64,000 bases of DNA, from assembly GCA_943787735.1 (NCBI GenBank), contig CALSNN010000001.1, positions 130,239-194,238 on the forward strand, read 5' to 3'. Position 1 is the first letter of the stretch; each line of letters opens with the position of its first letter. This document shows positions 54,827 through 64,000 of this stretch, in pieces. This stretch comes from an uncultured Alphaproteobacteria bacterium (GTDB lineage Bacteria > Pseudomonadota > Alphaproteobacteria > Puniceispirillales > Puniceispirillaceae). The notes below the pieces were generated by a model. It ran no database searches, was not told where the DNA came from, and saw only the letters and a list, made by a program, of their open reading frames with translations. The position numbers and the translations under genes are program-made.

Positions 54827-56125
54827 CTAAAGATTGTCACGAAGCCACGCACCGATACGTTCGAATGGCCCATGTGGCAGGGTGCGGGTCTGCCTGTCTG
54901 TTGGGTCATTTTCCTCGATCCGGCTGACATGGATGAGCGCGCCTATGCTGGCGGCAAAACAAGGGCCGCTGCTATCCTCGTCAAGACCGGCAATGCCGAT
55001 AGGTTTGCCAAGGCCAACCGATTTCTTTGCCTGTTTGGCAAATAGGTCGGCAAGACCGGTAAGCTGGCTGGCGCCGCCGGTCAGCACATAACGGCTGCCA
55101 GCGGTATGTTCCATGCGGGCGCGTTCCATGCGGCCATGCAGCAATTCCAGAATTTCTTCGATGCGGGGGCGAATAATCGCGCTTAGCAAATTGCGTTCAA
55201 TGGTTTGCCCGGCCACTTCGGTGGTGGTGCCAAGCGCGGGAATGGTAATATTGTCGCTTCGGCCAAGCCGAACGACTTCGCGAAGTGAATCGGGGGCAAC
55301 GCCAGTGATATCAGTTGGCATTACCGACCCGTCAATGGCCTTTAGCCTTTCGGCATCGGCAAGCGGCGTTGACAGAACGCGCGCAATGTCGGTGGTGACG
55401 CGGTTGCCGCCAATTTTGATGGTGTCGACATAAACAAGCTTGCCTTCCATAAAGATGGCAATTGACGTTGTGCCCCCACCCATATCGACGATGACACTGC
55501 CAAGATCGCGCTCTTCGGCGCTAAGGCAGGCAAGACCGCTAGCATAGGCCGAATGCAGGAACCGATCGGTTTCAAGATGGTTTAACGCCAGGGCTTCACG
55601 CAAATTGGCAAGCGAGGTACGAAGGCCGCAAACAAGCGTGTAATCAACTGAAAGATTGGTGCCGCGCATGCCGCGTGGGTCGGCAATGCCGCGCACATCG
55701 TCAAGCCCATATTGCAGGGTTTGAAGATGCATCGGCTGATAGTTTTCTGGAATATTGCCATTGTCATTGCGCGCCATCAGCCGGTCGATATCACGCCGCC
55801 GAACCACCGCATCACTAAGCCTGACCGATTTTTTGCAGATGCTGGAAAATGGTGTGCCGCCCGGGGCAACAACGGTGACTGACGTAACCGAAATACCGGC
55901 ATCACGCTCGGCCGCTTGAACGGTTTTGCCAATGACAGTGCTGAGCGCCTCCAATTCGCTGACTTCGCCGTTGCGAATGCCGGCCGAAGCATGCGTTCCA
56001 TGACCAAGAAGGCGAACCCCACCCGACCCGTTGGCCTCGCCAATCATGCAGCAGATTTTTGACGATCCGATATCGAGAACGGCAAAGGGGCGCCTTGTAA
56101 TGGCTTTGGTTTTGCTAAGGATCAT
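54827..56125 (-). CDS. ftsA: Cell division protein FtsA
   Basis: LDIGSSKI, VDMGGGTT, AERLK, VLTGGASQL, amphipathic WLRDNL end. Confidence 0.96.
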   Translation of the reverse strand: MILSKTKAITRRPFAVLDIGSSKICCMIGEANGSGGVRLLGHGTHASAGIRNGEVSELEALSTVIGKTVQAAERDAGISVTSVTVVAPGGTPFSSICKKSVRLSDAVVRRRDIDRLMARNDNGNIPENYQPMHLQTLQYGLDDVRGIADPRGMRGTNLSVDYTLVCGLRTSLANLREALALNHLETDRFLHSAYASGLACLSAEERDLGSVIVDMGGGTTSIAIFMEGKLVYVDTIKIGGNRVTTDIARVLSTPLADAERLKAIDGSVMPTDITGVAPDSLREVVRLGRSDNITIPALGTTTEVAGQTIERNLLSAIIRPRIEEILELLHGRMERARMEHTAGSRYVLTGGASQLTGLADLFAKQAKKSVGLGKPIGIAGLDEDSSGPCFAASIGALIHVSRIEENDPTDRQTRTLPHGPFERIGAWLRDNL

Positions 56126-56925
56126 GTTTTGCTTCCCCTTCCTCTTACCGGAATATTTGGCTCGACAATCAATTGTTGTGGTACGCGCATATCAATGACT
56201 GCCAGATCACGATGAGTGATGGCTTTTTTGCGATCGATCATGGCAAGACGAGACCATGCTGAGACCGGATCAATTTCAGGAAGCCGCACTTCCATGCCGT
56301 TTTTCAGATGAACATCCCAGCGCCGTTTTGACCGATAGCTCACCGCCCATACTTCGCTAAATAATTCTGGTTCGGTTTTCAAAATTGACAGAATGGCAGC
56401 AGCATGCGGCGCGGCATTATCACCGGCAACAACGGTCAGATGGGTAAATTGGCTTGGATCAGCGCCGTCAATGATGGCGCCGCTTTGATCAATCAATTTA
56501 TGTTTGTCGTTGTTTTGCAACAGGGCGATCGGCACACGCTCGCGAAGGGTGATATGGATCGTGCCGGGAAGACGGCGCTCAACAATGGCATCTTCAACCC
56601 AGCCAATCTGGCTGAGATTGCTATGCAGATTTTGCAGATTAATGCCAAGGATCGGCGCACCAGTTTCCAAATTCAATGCCGCCAACAGGCGCGATTGCGG
56701 CGTATGGGCGCGCCCACGAACCTGAATATCGGTCAACACCAATCCGGCATTTGCGCTCATTGCCAAAAGATCGTTGGTCAGTTTTTCACGATCCAACATC
56801 GCCATGCCAATGGTGCTTGCTGTGGTAACAGCAAAAAGCGACAAAAAGCCAATTTTGATCTTGCGCCACAAGCTGGTCTGCGGCGGCTGGGTTTGCGGTT
56901 TGATCCATCCAATCAGTCGTCGCAT
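56122..56925 (-). CDS. ftsQ: Cell division protein FtsQ
   Basis: Single TM, POTRA domain (WV..A.VERRLP), RRWD, IDMR; between ddl and ftsA. Confidence 0.9.
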   Translation of the reverse strand: MRRLIGWIKPQTQPPQTSLWRKIKIGFLSLFAVTTASTIGMAMLDREKLTNDLLAMSANAGLVLTDIQVRGRAHTPQSRLLAALNLETGAPILGINLQNLHSNLSQIGWVEDAIVERRLPGTIHITLRERVPIALLQNNDKHKLIDQSGAIIDGADPSQFTHLTVVAGDNAAPHAAAILSILKTEPELFSEVWAVSYRSKRRWDVHLKNGMEVRLPEIDPVSAWSRLAMIDRKKAITHRDLAVIDMRVPQQLIVEPNIPVRGRGSKT

Positions 56926-57824
56926 TGTGCAATCTCCAATAGATGATTCACCAGCTCTTCACCTGACATGCCGACAAAGCGTGCCTGTTCAGGCACAAGC
57001 GATGTTGCGGTCATGCCGGGCTGGGTATTTACCTCAAGCATGAAGAGCTGGTCATTTTTGTCGTCCCAGCGATAATCGGCGCGGATGATCCCACGGCAAC
57101 CAAGCTGGCGATAGGCATGTTCGGCCCAAAGACAGGCTTTTAGGCTTACCGGCTCGGGGATGTCGGCAGGCAGAATATGTTTTGATCCGCCAACGGCATA
57201 TTTTGCGTCAAAATCGTAAAATTCGCGCTCGGAAGTGATTTCGGTCACGCAAAGTGCGGTGCCATCAAGAACTGAAACGGTTAATTCGCGTCCGGGAATA
57301 TAAGGCTCGCAGATCAGTTGCGTATGCGCAGGCCATGTGTTGCGGGCAGGTGGGCGTGCTTTGTCATCGGGCACAATCACCACGCCAAAACTCGACCCAT
57401 CATTGCGCGGTTTGATCACATGGGCGCCGGTGCTGTCTTCAGGATAGACATGGCTATCTTCGATCAAGGCCAATGTTGGTGGCACCATAATACCGGCACC
57501 GGCAAGCAGCGTTTTCGCCAACAGCTTGTCCATTGCAATGGCAGATGCGGTCAGGCCGCTATGGGTATAGGGGATATTCATTATATTTAGCAGACCTTGA
57601 ATATTGCCATCCTCGCCAATCTGCCCATGAAGCGCATTAAAGGCGCGCGCGGGGTTTATCTCTTTCAGTTTGGCAGCAATGTCGCGGTCAACCTCAACCT
57701 CAATAGCATCCCAGCCAGCATTGCGTGCCGCTTGCCCGCAAAAGCTTGCCGAAACGCGGCTCACAGCGGCTTCAGATGTCCATCCGCCCATCAAAACGGC
57801 GACGCGGTCACGATTATCGGTCAT
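56913..57824 (-). CDS. ddl: D-alanine--D-alanine ligase
   Basis: VAVLMGG.TSE..VS, FNALHG..GEDG, GSSFG, LEVNTQPGMT..SL; ATG 57824 overlaps the murB stop. Confidence 0.96.
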   Translation of the reverse strand: MTDNRDRVAVLMGGWTSEAAVSRVSASFCGQAARNAGWDAIEVEVDRDIAAKLKEINPARAFNALHGQIGEDGNIQGLLNIMNIPYTHSGLTASAIAMDKLLAKTLLAGAGIMVPPTLALIEDSHVYPEDSTGAHVIKPRNDGSSFGVVIVPDDKARPPARNTWPAHTQLICEPYIPGRELTVSVLDGTALCVTEITSEREFYDFDAKYAVGGSKHILPADIPEPVSLKACLWAEHAYRQLGCRGIIRADYRWDDKNDQLFMLEVNTQPGMTATSLVPEQARFVGMSGEELVNHLLEIAQCDD

Positions 57825-58738
57825 TCGGTTGCCCCCTCGGTCTGATTGCGTCCAATCCGGCGAATCTCCCACCTTAGTGACGGCCCGCCACCGGCAAGGA
57901 CGCGTCCGCGAACGGTCTCGCCAAGCGTTTCGATATCTTCAGCTGTGGCGGTGCCCGTATTAATCAGGAAATTGCAATGTTTCTCCGACACTTGCGCGCC
58001 GCCAATGCGAAGCCCGCGACAGCCTGCCTTTTCGATTTCCTGCCATGCTTTGCCGCCATCAGGATTGGCAAAAGTACTGCCGCCGGTGCGGACGCCGCGT
58101 GGTTGAGCCTCGCCGCGACTGGCAATGATGTCTTTCATCCGCGCCTTGATGACAGCCGGATCACCGTCATGCCCCTGTAATTCGGCAGAGGTGAAAATCC
58201 AATCGGCTGGCGCGTCGCTATGGCGATAGGCCATGCCCATTGCTGTTGGTGTGGCGGTGACAGGCTTGCCGTCACGGTCGAACCCATGCGCAAGGCGTGT
58301 CACATCTTTAAATTCGCTTCCATAGGCACCAGCATTCATTCGCAGGCCGCCACCAATCGTTCCCGGAATTCCAATCAAAAATTCCAGACCGCCAATGCCA
58401 GCCTTTTGCGCATAGCGGGCAACATCGGCATCAGTTGCGCCGGTTTGGGCAATGATGCGCGTGCCGTCATGGTGGATTGCGTTCAGATGGGTGCCAAGCT
58501 TGATCACAACACCAGCAACGCCCCCGTCACGAACCAGCAAATTCGATCCTGCGCCAACGGCAGTTAGGGGAATATCATGCGGGCAGCCAGCCAGAAAAGC
58601 CGCAAGATCATTTTCATCCAGCGGGCTGAATAGAATATCGGCAGGCCCGCCAACGCCAAACCAAGTATGGCGCGCCATTAGGTCATTTGGCGTATAACTG
58701 CCGCGCACATCTGGAAGCCGGTCAAGGATCGAGGTCAT
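57821..58738 (-). CDS. murB: UDP-N-acetylenolpyruvoylglucosamine reductase
   Basis: GAGSNLLVRD, GIPGTIGG..MNAGAYG, TGGSTFANP, SEKHCNF. Confidence 0.97.
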   Translation of the reverse strand: MTSILDRLPDVRGSYTPNDLMARHTWFGVGGPADILFSPLDENDLAAFLAGCPHDIPLTAVGAGSNLLVRDGGVAGVVIKLGTHLNAIHHDGTRIIAQTGATDADVARYAQKAGIGGLEFLIGIPGTIGGGLRMNAGAYGSEFKDVTRLAHGFDRDGKPVTATPTAMGMAYRHSDAPADWIFTSAELQGHDGDPAVIKARMKDIIASRGEAQPRGVRTGGSTFANPDGGKAWQEIEKAGCRGLRIGGAQVSEKHCNFLINTGTATAEDIETLGETVRGRVLAGGGPSLRWEIRRIGRNQTEGATE

Positions 58739-60156
58739 GCGCTCTCTCCTGCCAGTTTATCCAATTCATGCGGCAAAGTGGCGGCCCATGCGGTGATATC
58801 ACCAGCGCCAAGACACATCACCACATCGCCCGATGAGGTTCGGGCGGCAATTTCGGCGGCCAGCTTGTCCGGCCCGTCAAGGCCGGTTGCGGCTTTATGG
58901 CCATGGTCGCGTAATCCGGCAACCAAGGCAGCCTTGTCGGCGCCCTCGATCGGGGCCTCGCCAGCGGCATAGATATCGGCCACCAAGACTTCGTCAGCAT
59001 CATTGAAACAGCTACAGAAATCGGCGAATAGATCGGCAAGGCGGCTATAGCGGTGTGGTTGAACAACGGCGACCAGCTTGTGATTGCCGCAAAGCATTCT
59101 TCCCGCTTTCAATGCGGCTTTTATTTCAACCGGATGATGGCCGTAATCGTCAATGATGGTGACACCATTGCTGACGCCCTTGGTTTCAAATCTGCGACCA
59201 ACCCCGCCAAATGCGGCCAATGCGCCAAGAATGCGAGATGCGTCGATATTCATTTCCAGCGCGACGCCAATGGCAGCAAGGCAATTTTGCACATTATGAT
59301 CGCCAAGCATCGGAAACCGTACATTCTGCAGCGCGGCACTATCGCCCTGAATGCGGTCTGATAGCTGTACATCAAACAGCATGGCGCCCTGATCAACGCG
59401 AAGATTGATTGCCCGCACATCGGCATTGGCGCTCATGCCATAGGTGATAATCCGGCGATCTTTGATGCCTGACAATAATCGCTGAACCGATGGGTGATCG
59501 ATACATAGGGTGGCAAAGCCGTAAAAGGGAATCGAGGCAACGAAATTTAAAAAGGCGGCTTCCAACGCTTCGAAACTGCCATGATGATCAAGATGTTCAG
59601 GATCTATATTGGTGACCACGGCAACGGTTGGTTTCAGCTTGGCAAATGATCCGTCGCTTTCATCGGCTTCGACCACCATCCAGCTGCCTTTGCCAAGACG
59701 CGCATTACTGCCCCATCCAGTGATGATGCCGCCATTGATAACGGTCGGGTCAATTTCGGCGCTGTTTAACAAGGTGGCAACAAGGCTGGTCGTTGTGGTT
59801 TTGCCATGCGTTCCGGCAACCGCGATAGACCAGCGAAGCCGCATCAATTCGCCAAGCATTTCGGCGCGATGCACGATTGGCAGGAATTTGGCGCGTGCGG
59901 CAACAACTTCTGGATTGTCAGGCTTGATTGCGGTTGAAATCACCACCAATGCCGCATTATCGATATTTTCCGCAGCTTGGCCGGTGATAACGGGAATGCC
60001 CTTGTCGCGTAGCCGTCTGACATTGGCATTGTCAGACATATCACTTCCCTGAACAGCATAGCCAAGCTCGAACAGAATCTCGGCGATCCCGCTCATGCCA
60101 ATACCGCCGATACCGGTGAAATGCATGGTGCCGATGGATAGTGGCAATTCACTCAT
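58735..60156 (-). CDS. murC: UDP-N-acetylmuramate--L-alanine ligase
   Basis: GIGGIGMSG, GTHGKTTTT, EADESD, DDYGHHP, QPHRYSR. Confidence 0.98.
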   Translation of the reverse strand: MSELPLSIGTMHFTGIGGIGMSGIAEILFELGYAVQGSDMSDNANVRRLRDKGIPVITGQAAENIDNAALVVISTAIKPDNPEVVAARAKFLPIVHRAEMLGELMRLRWSIAVAGTHGKTTTTSLVATLLNSAEIDPTVINGGIITGWGSNARLGKGSWMVVEADESDGSFAKLKPTVAVVTNIDPEHLDHHGSFEALEAAFLNFVASIPFYGFATLCIDHPSVQRLLSGIKDRRIITYGMSANADVRAINLRVDQGAMLFDVQLSDRIQGDSAALQNVRFPMLGDHNVQNCLAAIGVALEMNIDASRILGALAAFGGVGRRFETKGVSNGVTIIDDYGHHPVEIKAALKAGRMLCGNHKLVAVVQPHRYSRLADLFADFCSCFNDADEVLVADIYAAGEAPIEGADKAALVAGLRDHGHKAATGLDGPDKLAAEIAARTSSGDVVMCLGAGDITAWAATLPHELDKLAGESA

Positions 60157-61268
60157 GCGACAGCTCCTAGATGTGGTGCGTTTCGTTTGGTGATCAGCCC
60201 CTCGGCAAGATCGGCGATGTCACTGGCGGCTTGCGGGCTTGCCAAGGCGGTGGCATTAGCGGCCATTTTGCCAAGCTCGGCGGGGGCTTCAAATAGCTGC
60301 ATGATGCGTGTTGCCAGAAAGGCAGGGCTGACTGTGGCTTCGTCAAGGCAGTAACCGCCGCCAGCCTGTTCCATTTGTAGGGCATTGGCCTTTTGGTGGT
60401 CATCCATTGCGCTTGGCAAAGGCAGCATCAATGAGGCGCGGCCAGTTGCGGCAAGTTCGGCGATTGATGACGCCCCTGACCGGCTGATAACAAGATCACT
60501 TTTGGCCAATAGATTAGGCATATTGGTGAAAAATGGTTTGATCGATGCGCTGATGCCCAAGGCCCGATAGCGCGCTTTTAGATTATCAATCTGTTCGGGG
60601 CGGGCTTGCTGATAGATTTTGATATTTGCGCGTAATGGCATGTCAATCATCGCAAGCGCATCCGGCACAAGTGTGCCAAGAATGGTTGCGCCCTGTGACC
60701 CGCCAAGAACGCTAAGAACAAGCTTGTCACCAGCACAGTTTGGCCGACCTTTGGCAAAAAATGCGGTGCGAACCGGCATGCCGGTAATATGGGTTTTAAC
60801 GCCGTTTGGCAGATTTTTTGTTTGCGGCCAGCTAAGCGCGATTAGCCGCGCACGGGCGGCAAGGGCGTGATTGGCGCGTCCAAGATAGGCGTTTTGTTCA
60901 TGTACCATTACCGGCACACCGAAAAGACGAGCGATCAAAAGCGGCGCAAATGATGGATAGCCCCCAAAGCCGATCATCACCATTGGCGGACGAAGCCCAA
61001 TATGCCATAGGCAGGATAACGTTCCCATGCCAAGTTTGGTAAGCGCCATGATTCGGCGCAAAATGCCCGACTGGAACGGTGAGGCGGCGCTGATCACATG
61101 AAGGCGAACGGGCAGTTTTTCGATACTGGCCAAAAGCGCCGCGCCGCGCCTGTCGGTAAACAGACAGGTCTGGTAGCCTCTCGCATTCATGGCTTCGGCA
61201 ACGGCAAGCGCCGGAAAAATATGGCCGCCTGTGCCACCTGCTGCAAGATAGATAATGCCCGCGCTCAT
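60153..61268 (-). CDS. murG: MurG glycosyltransferase
   Basis: GGTGGHIFP, GFGGY, HEQN, GGSQGA, SRSGASS, HQ..NA. Confidence 0.97.
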   Translation of the reverse strand: MSAGIIYLAAGGTGGHIFPALAVAEAMNARGYQTCLFTDRRGAALLASIEKLPVRLHVISAASPFQSGILRRIMALTKLGMGTLSCLWHIGLRPPMVMIGFGGYPSFAPLLIARLFGVPVMVHEQNAYLGRANHALAARARLIALSWPQTKNLPNGVKTHITGMPVRTAFFAKGRPNCAGDKLVLSVLGGSQGATILGTLVPDALAMIDMPLRANIKIYQQARPEQIDNLKARYRALGISASIKPFFTNMPNLLAKSDLVISRSGASSIAELAATGRASLMLPLPSAMDDHQKANALQMEQAGGGYCLDEATVSPAFLATRIMQLFEAPAELGKMAANATALASPQAASDIADLAEGLITKRNAPHLGAVA

Positions 61269-62389
61269 GACCGGCCTCCATCGGCAAAGTGATCGACGGT
61301 GGTGCGTTTGCGGGTCAAGGCAAGGATCAGCCCCATGGTCAGGCTGCTTGCCAACAATGATGAACCGCCATAGCTGATAAATGGTAAGGTCATGCCCTTG
61401 GTCGGGATCAGATTGACCGATGATGCCATATGAATGCTGGCCTGAACGCCAAATTGCATGACCAGACTGGCCGTGGCGATCAGGCAGAACAGCCCTTCAC
61501 CCGATAGGGCGCGGGCAAAACCGCGGATGATCACAAATCCATATAGCCCCAACAACGCCAGACAAGCGATGGCGCCATATTCCTCGGCAGCAACGGCAAA
61601 GATGAAATCGGAATGGGCATCCGGCAGATGCAGCTTGACCACACCATCACCCGGCCCAACGCCAAAATAGCCGCCTTCGGCAAAGCTTTCTTTAGCGCGT
61701 TCAACCTGCCATGAACCGCCTTCAAAGAATTTATCAACACGAAGCTGAACATGCGTCAGGTTCAAATAGGCAAGATAGAATCCAACCGGTGCTAGACCGG
61801 CGGCACCAATGACAAACAGCATCGGCATGCCCGCAAGGAACATCTGAAAGCCCCATGTCATCAAGATCAAAGCCGTCATGCCGATATCGGGCTGTGCCAC
61901 AAGGATGCCAACAATGATCGCTGCCAGACCCGATGCATAGGCCCAGCCCGGGAAATCTTGCCCCTCGCGCCAAAGCGTCAGCAACCACGCCGATACAATG
62001 GCAAATAAAGGTTTGGCTAGTTCAGATGGCTGTAACGTCAGGCCCGCAACCGATATCCATCTTGTTGCGCCCTTGATTTCACTGCCGGCAACAATGGCGA
62101 GGATCATCAATCCGATCACCAGAATAAGCCCGACAAGCGACAGGGCGCGAATGGGGCGCGGCTCGAGCATCGAAACCGACAGCATGATCAGCAACGCCGG
62201 TGCCAAATAGATAAGCTGGCGCAAAATGAAATGCTGTGATGATAGATTGATCAGGCTGGCCACGGCAGGGCTGGCCGCCATTACCAATATCATGCCAAGA
62301 GTCATCAACAGCAAGGCACTCGCCAAAAGCCATTTATCAACAGTCCACCACCAGATGCCAACAAGCGAACGATCGGTACGATCAAGCAT
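61265..62389 (-). CDS. ftsW: FtsW (SEDS peptidoglycan polymerase)
   Basis: GATRW, QPSELAKP, QPDIG, LPDAHSDFIF, PFISYGGSS; ATG 62389 after GGAGG. Confidence 0.96.
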   Translation of the reverse strand: MLDRTDRSLVGIWWWTVDKWLLASALLLMTLGMILVMAASPAVASLINLSSQHFILRQLIYLAPALLIMLSVSMLEPRPIRALSLVGLILVIGLMILAIVAGSEIKGATRWISVAGLTLQPSELAKPLFAIVSAWLLTLWREGQDFPGWAYASGLAAIIVGILVAQPDIGMTALILMTWGFQMFLAGMPMLFVIGAAGLAPVGFYLAYLNLTHVQLRVDKFFEGGSWQVERAKESFAEGGYFGVGPGDGVVKLHLPDAHSDFIFAVAAEEYGAIACLALLGLYGFVIIRGFARALSGEGLFCLIATASLVMQFGVQASIHMASSVNLIPTKGMTLPFISYGGSSLLASSLTMGLILALTRKRTTVDHFADGGRS

Positions 62390-63701
62390 GATTGCCTCCT
62401 GATGTGGGGGCGCAAAGATTTTGGGCAAGGGCGGCAAAGGCATCGCCGCGGGCGCCAAAGCTGGTAAATTGATCAAATGACGCCGCGGCCGGTGCCAAAA
62501 GAATGGTGCCGCCGTCAGGTGCCGCGCTGGCATCATCAAATGCGGCGCGTGTTGCTTTTTCCAGATCACCGCAAATGGCGGCTGGGCATTGTCCATCGAG
62601 GCTTTCGGCAAATTCTGCTGCTGCCGCACCAATCAGATAGGCTTTTTTGACAGCGCTAAGATATTGCATTGCCGGTGCCAGCCCATCCTGTTTGGCAAGA
62701 CCGCCAGCCACCCAATAAATATCATCAAAGGCTGACAATGCCTTGGCCGCGGCAACGCCGTTGGTGGCTTTTGAGTCATTTACGAACTGGATTTTACCAC
62801 AGCGGGCAACGGTTTGCAGGCGATGCGGCAGGCTGGCATAGCTTTTGACACCGCGATTGATCACCTCGATATTAAGCCCCAGCGCCGCAAGCGCAAAGGC
62901 AGCTGCGGCGGCGTTTTCGGCATTATGCAAGCCGGCAAGTGATGCCGAATGACGCTGCGCGTCAGGGGCGTCATCAGGGTTGGCAATTATGGTTTTGATT
63001 CCGCGTTTACGGGTTGCGGCGGCTAGGGTTTTCACATGGTCATCACCATTCCCGATAATCGCAAGACAATCTGCCCCAAGCCGGTCAAGAACGACGGCCT
63101 TGGCGGCGATATAGCCGTTCATGCCGCCATGCCGGTCAAGGTGATCGGGGCTGATATTCAGCAGGATCGAAATATCGGGTGCCAGTGATGGGGTTGTTTC
63201 CAGCTGATACGAGGATAGCTCAAGCACAAGAACGCCATCTTTGCCCGGGTCATCAAGCGAGCAGGCTGGATCACCAAGATTGCCACCAATCGCATGAGCG
63301 CGTCCGGCAGTTGCAAGGCAATGGCCAATCAGCGCTGTTGTCGTTGATTTGCCGTTGGTGCCAGTCACCACGACAAGCTGGGCTTGCGGTTTTGCCCGTA
63401 AGGCGAGTTCAACTTCGCTGATCACTTCAATTTCAAGGCTATTGGCATGGGCAGCCGCAGGATGCGGTGTTGGATGAAGATGCGGGATGCCCGGGCTGAT
63501 CACCATCGCCGCCATGTTCTGCCAGGGCCAGTCGCGCCAATCGGTCATTTGAATTGCGGGAAGATCTTGCTGGTTTTTGCCATCATCAAAGGCAACGACA
63601 TGCGCACCGGCTGCCTGCAATGCGGCAACTGCGGCAACGCCAGATCCGCCAAGGCCTAAGACCCCGACTGTCTGTCCGTTCATGTCATCTGGAACCAGCA
63701 T
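62382..63701 (-). CDS. murD: UDP-MurNAc-L-Ala--D-glutamate ligase
   Basis: SPGIP, TGTNGKSTT, ELSSYQL, DHLDRH, NDSKATN, PAAASFDQF. Confidence 0.97.
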   Translation of the reverse strand: MLVPDDMNGQTVGVLGLGGSGVAAVAALQAAGAHVVAFDDGKNQQDLPAIQMTDWRDWPWQNMAAMVISPGIPHLHPTPHPAAAHANSLEIEVISEVELALRAKPQAQLVVVTGTNGKSTTTALIGHCLATAGRAHAIGGNLGDPACSLDDPGKDGVLVLELSSYQLETTPSLAPDISILLNISPDHLDRHGGMNGYIAAKAVVLDRLGADCLAIIGNGDDHVKTLAAATRKRGIKTIIANPDDAPDAQRHSASLAGLHNAENAAAAAFALAALGLNIEVINRGVKSYASLPHRLQTVARCGKIQFVNDSKATNGVAAAKALSAFDDIYWVAGGLAKQDGLAPAMQYLSAVKKAYLIGAAAAEFAESLDGQCPAAICGDLEKATRAAFDDASAAPDGGTILLAPAAASFDQFTSFGARGDAFAALAQNLCAPTSGGNHA

Positions 63702-63714
63702 TCAGATCATTCCC

Positions 63715-64000
63715 CTAACGCAGCTTTAGCGATGACAGGCCAGCCACAGCCAGCACCACCGCAATAATCCAGAAACGAATGACGATTGTTGGTTCGGCCC
63801 ACCCTTTTTTCTCAAAATGATGATGCAGCGGCGCCATCAGGAAAATCCGCTTGCCAGTCAATTTGAAAGACGCCACCTGCAAGATAACCGACAGGGTTTC
63901 AACAACGAACAGACCGCCAGTAATGGCCAGCACCAGCTCGTGACGTGTTGCCACTGCGATCGCCCCCAAAGTGCCGCCAAGAGCAAGCGATCCGGTATCG
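63715..64000 (-). CDS. mraY: Phospho-MurNAc-pentapeptide transferase (3' part; continues beyond window)
   Basis: [32 protein letters not shown]. Confidence 0.97.
   Translation of the reverse strand, partial: DTGSLALGGTLGAIAVATRHELVLAITGGLFVVETLSVILQVASFKLTGKRIFLMAPLHHHFEKKGWAEPTIVIRFWIIAVVLAVAGLSSLKLR

Noticed and set aside
62390-62632. Long N-terminal extension of FtsW (similar ORF-track extensions on rpmE, mlaA, cpoB, ddl, bamD and aminopeptidase P)
   Set aside because: Artefacts of taking the first start codon; downstream starts fit RBS position, signal peptides or stop-start overlaps better.

Overview
Gene-dense, core-genome window from an alphaproteobacterium. Gene order and protein style suggest a marine SAR116/Puniceispirillum-like or Rhodospirillales-related lineage; this is an inference. 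Contents in order: ppdK (5'-truncated), rpmE, an MsbA-like ABC exporter, an orphan putative surface lipoprotein, a non-flagellar MotA/MotB-type pair, suhB-efp-gap-tkt, zauP-like/zapA/6S RNA/ygfA/ymdB-like, yebC-ruvCAB-ybgC-tolQRAB-pal-cpoB-tilS-ftsH-folP-glmM, serC-serA-purA, rpoH, an RluA/RluD-family synthase, ettA, mlaAC, uvrD-prmA-aminopeptidase P, and the distal dcw cluster (mraY..ftsZ-lpxC-bamD-recN-ligA). I found no CRISPR array, tRNA, rRNA, prophage or IS element. The best candidate for an under-described system is the MotA-like/MotB-like ion-motor pair with long coiled coils (Zorya ZorAB-like architecture, no flagellar or defence partners here), followed by a TbpB-barrel-like orphan lipoprotein. 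Other signals: pal is split by a 1-nt deletion inside a 12-nt tandem repeat, GAPDH carries NADP-type signature residues and lacks an adjacent pgk, an exact alphaproteobacterial LexA box overlaps the uvrD start, and there is a serC-leader-like hairpin. All calls come from manual motif recognition; no database searches were run.
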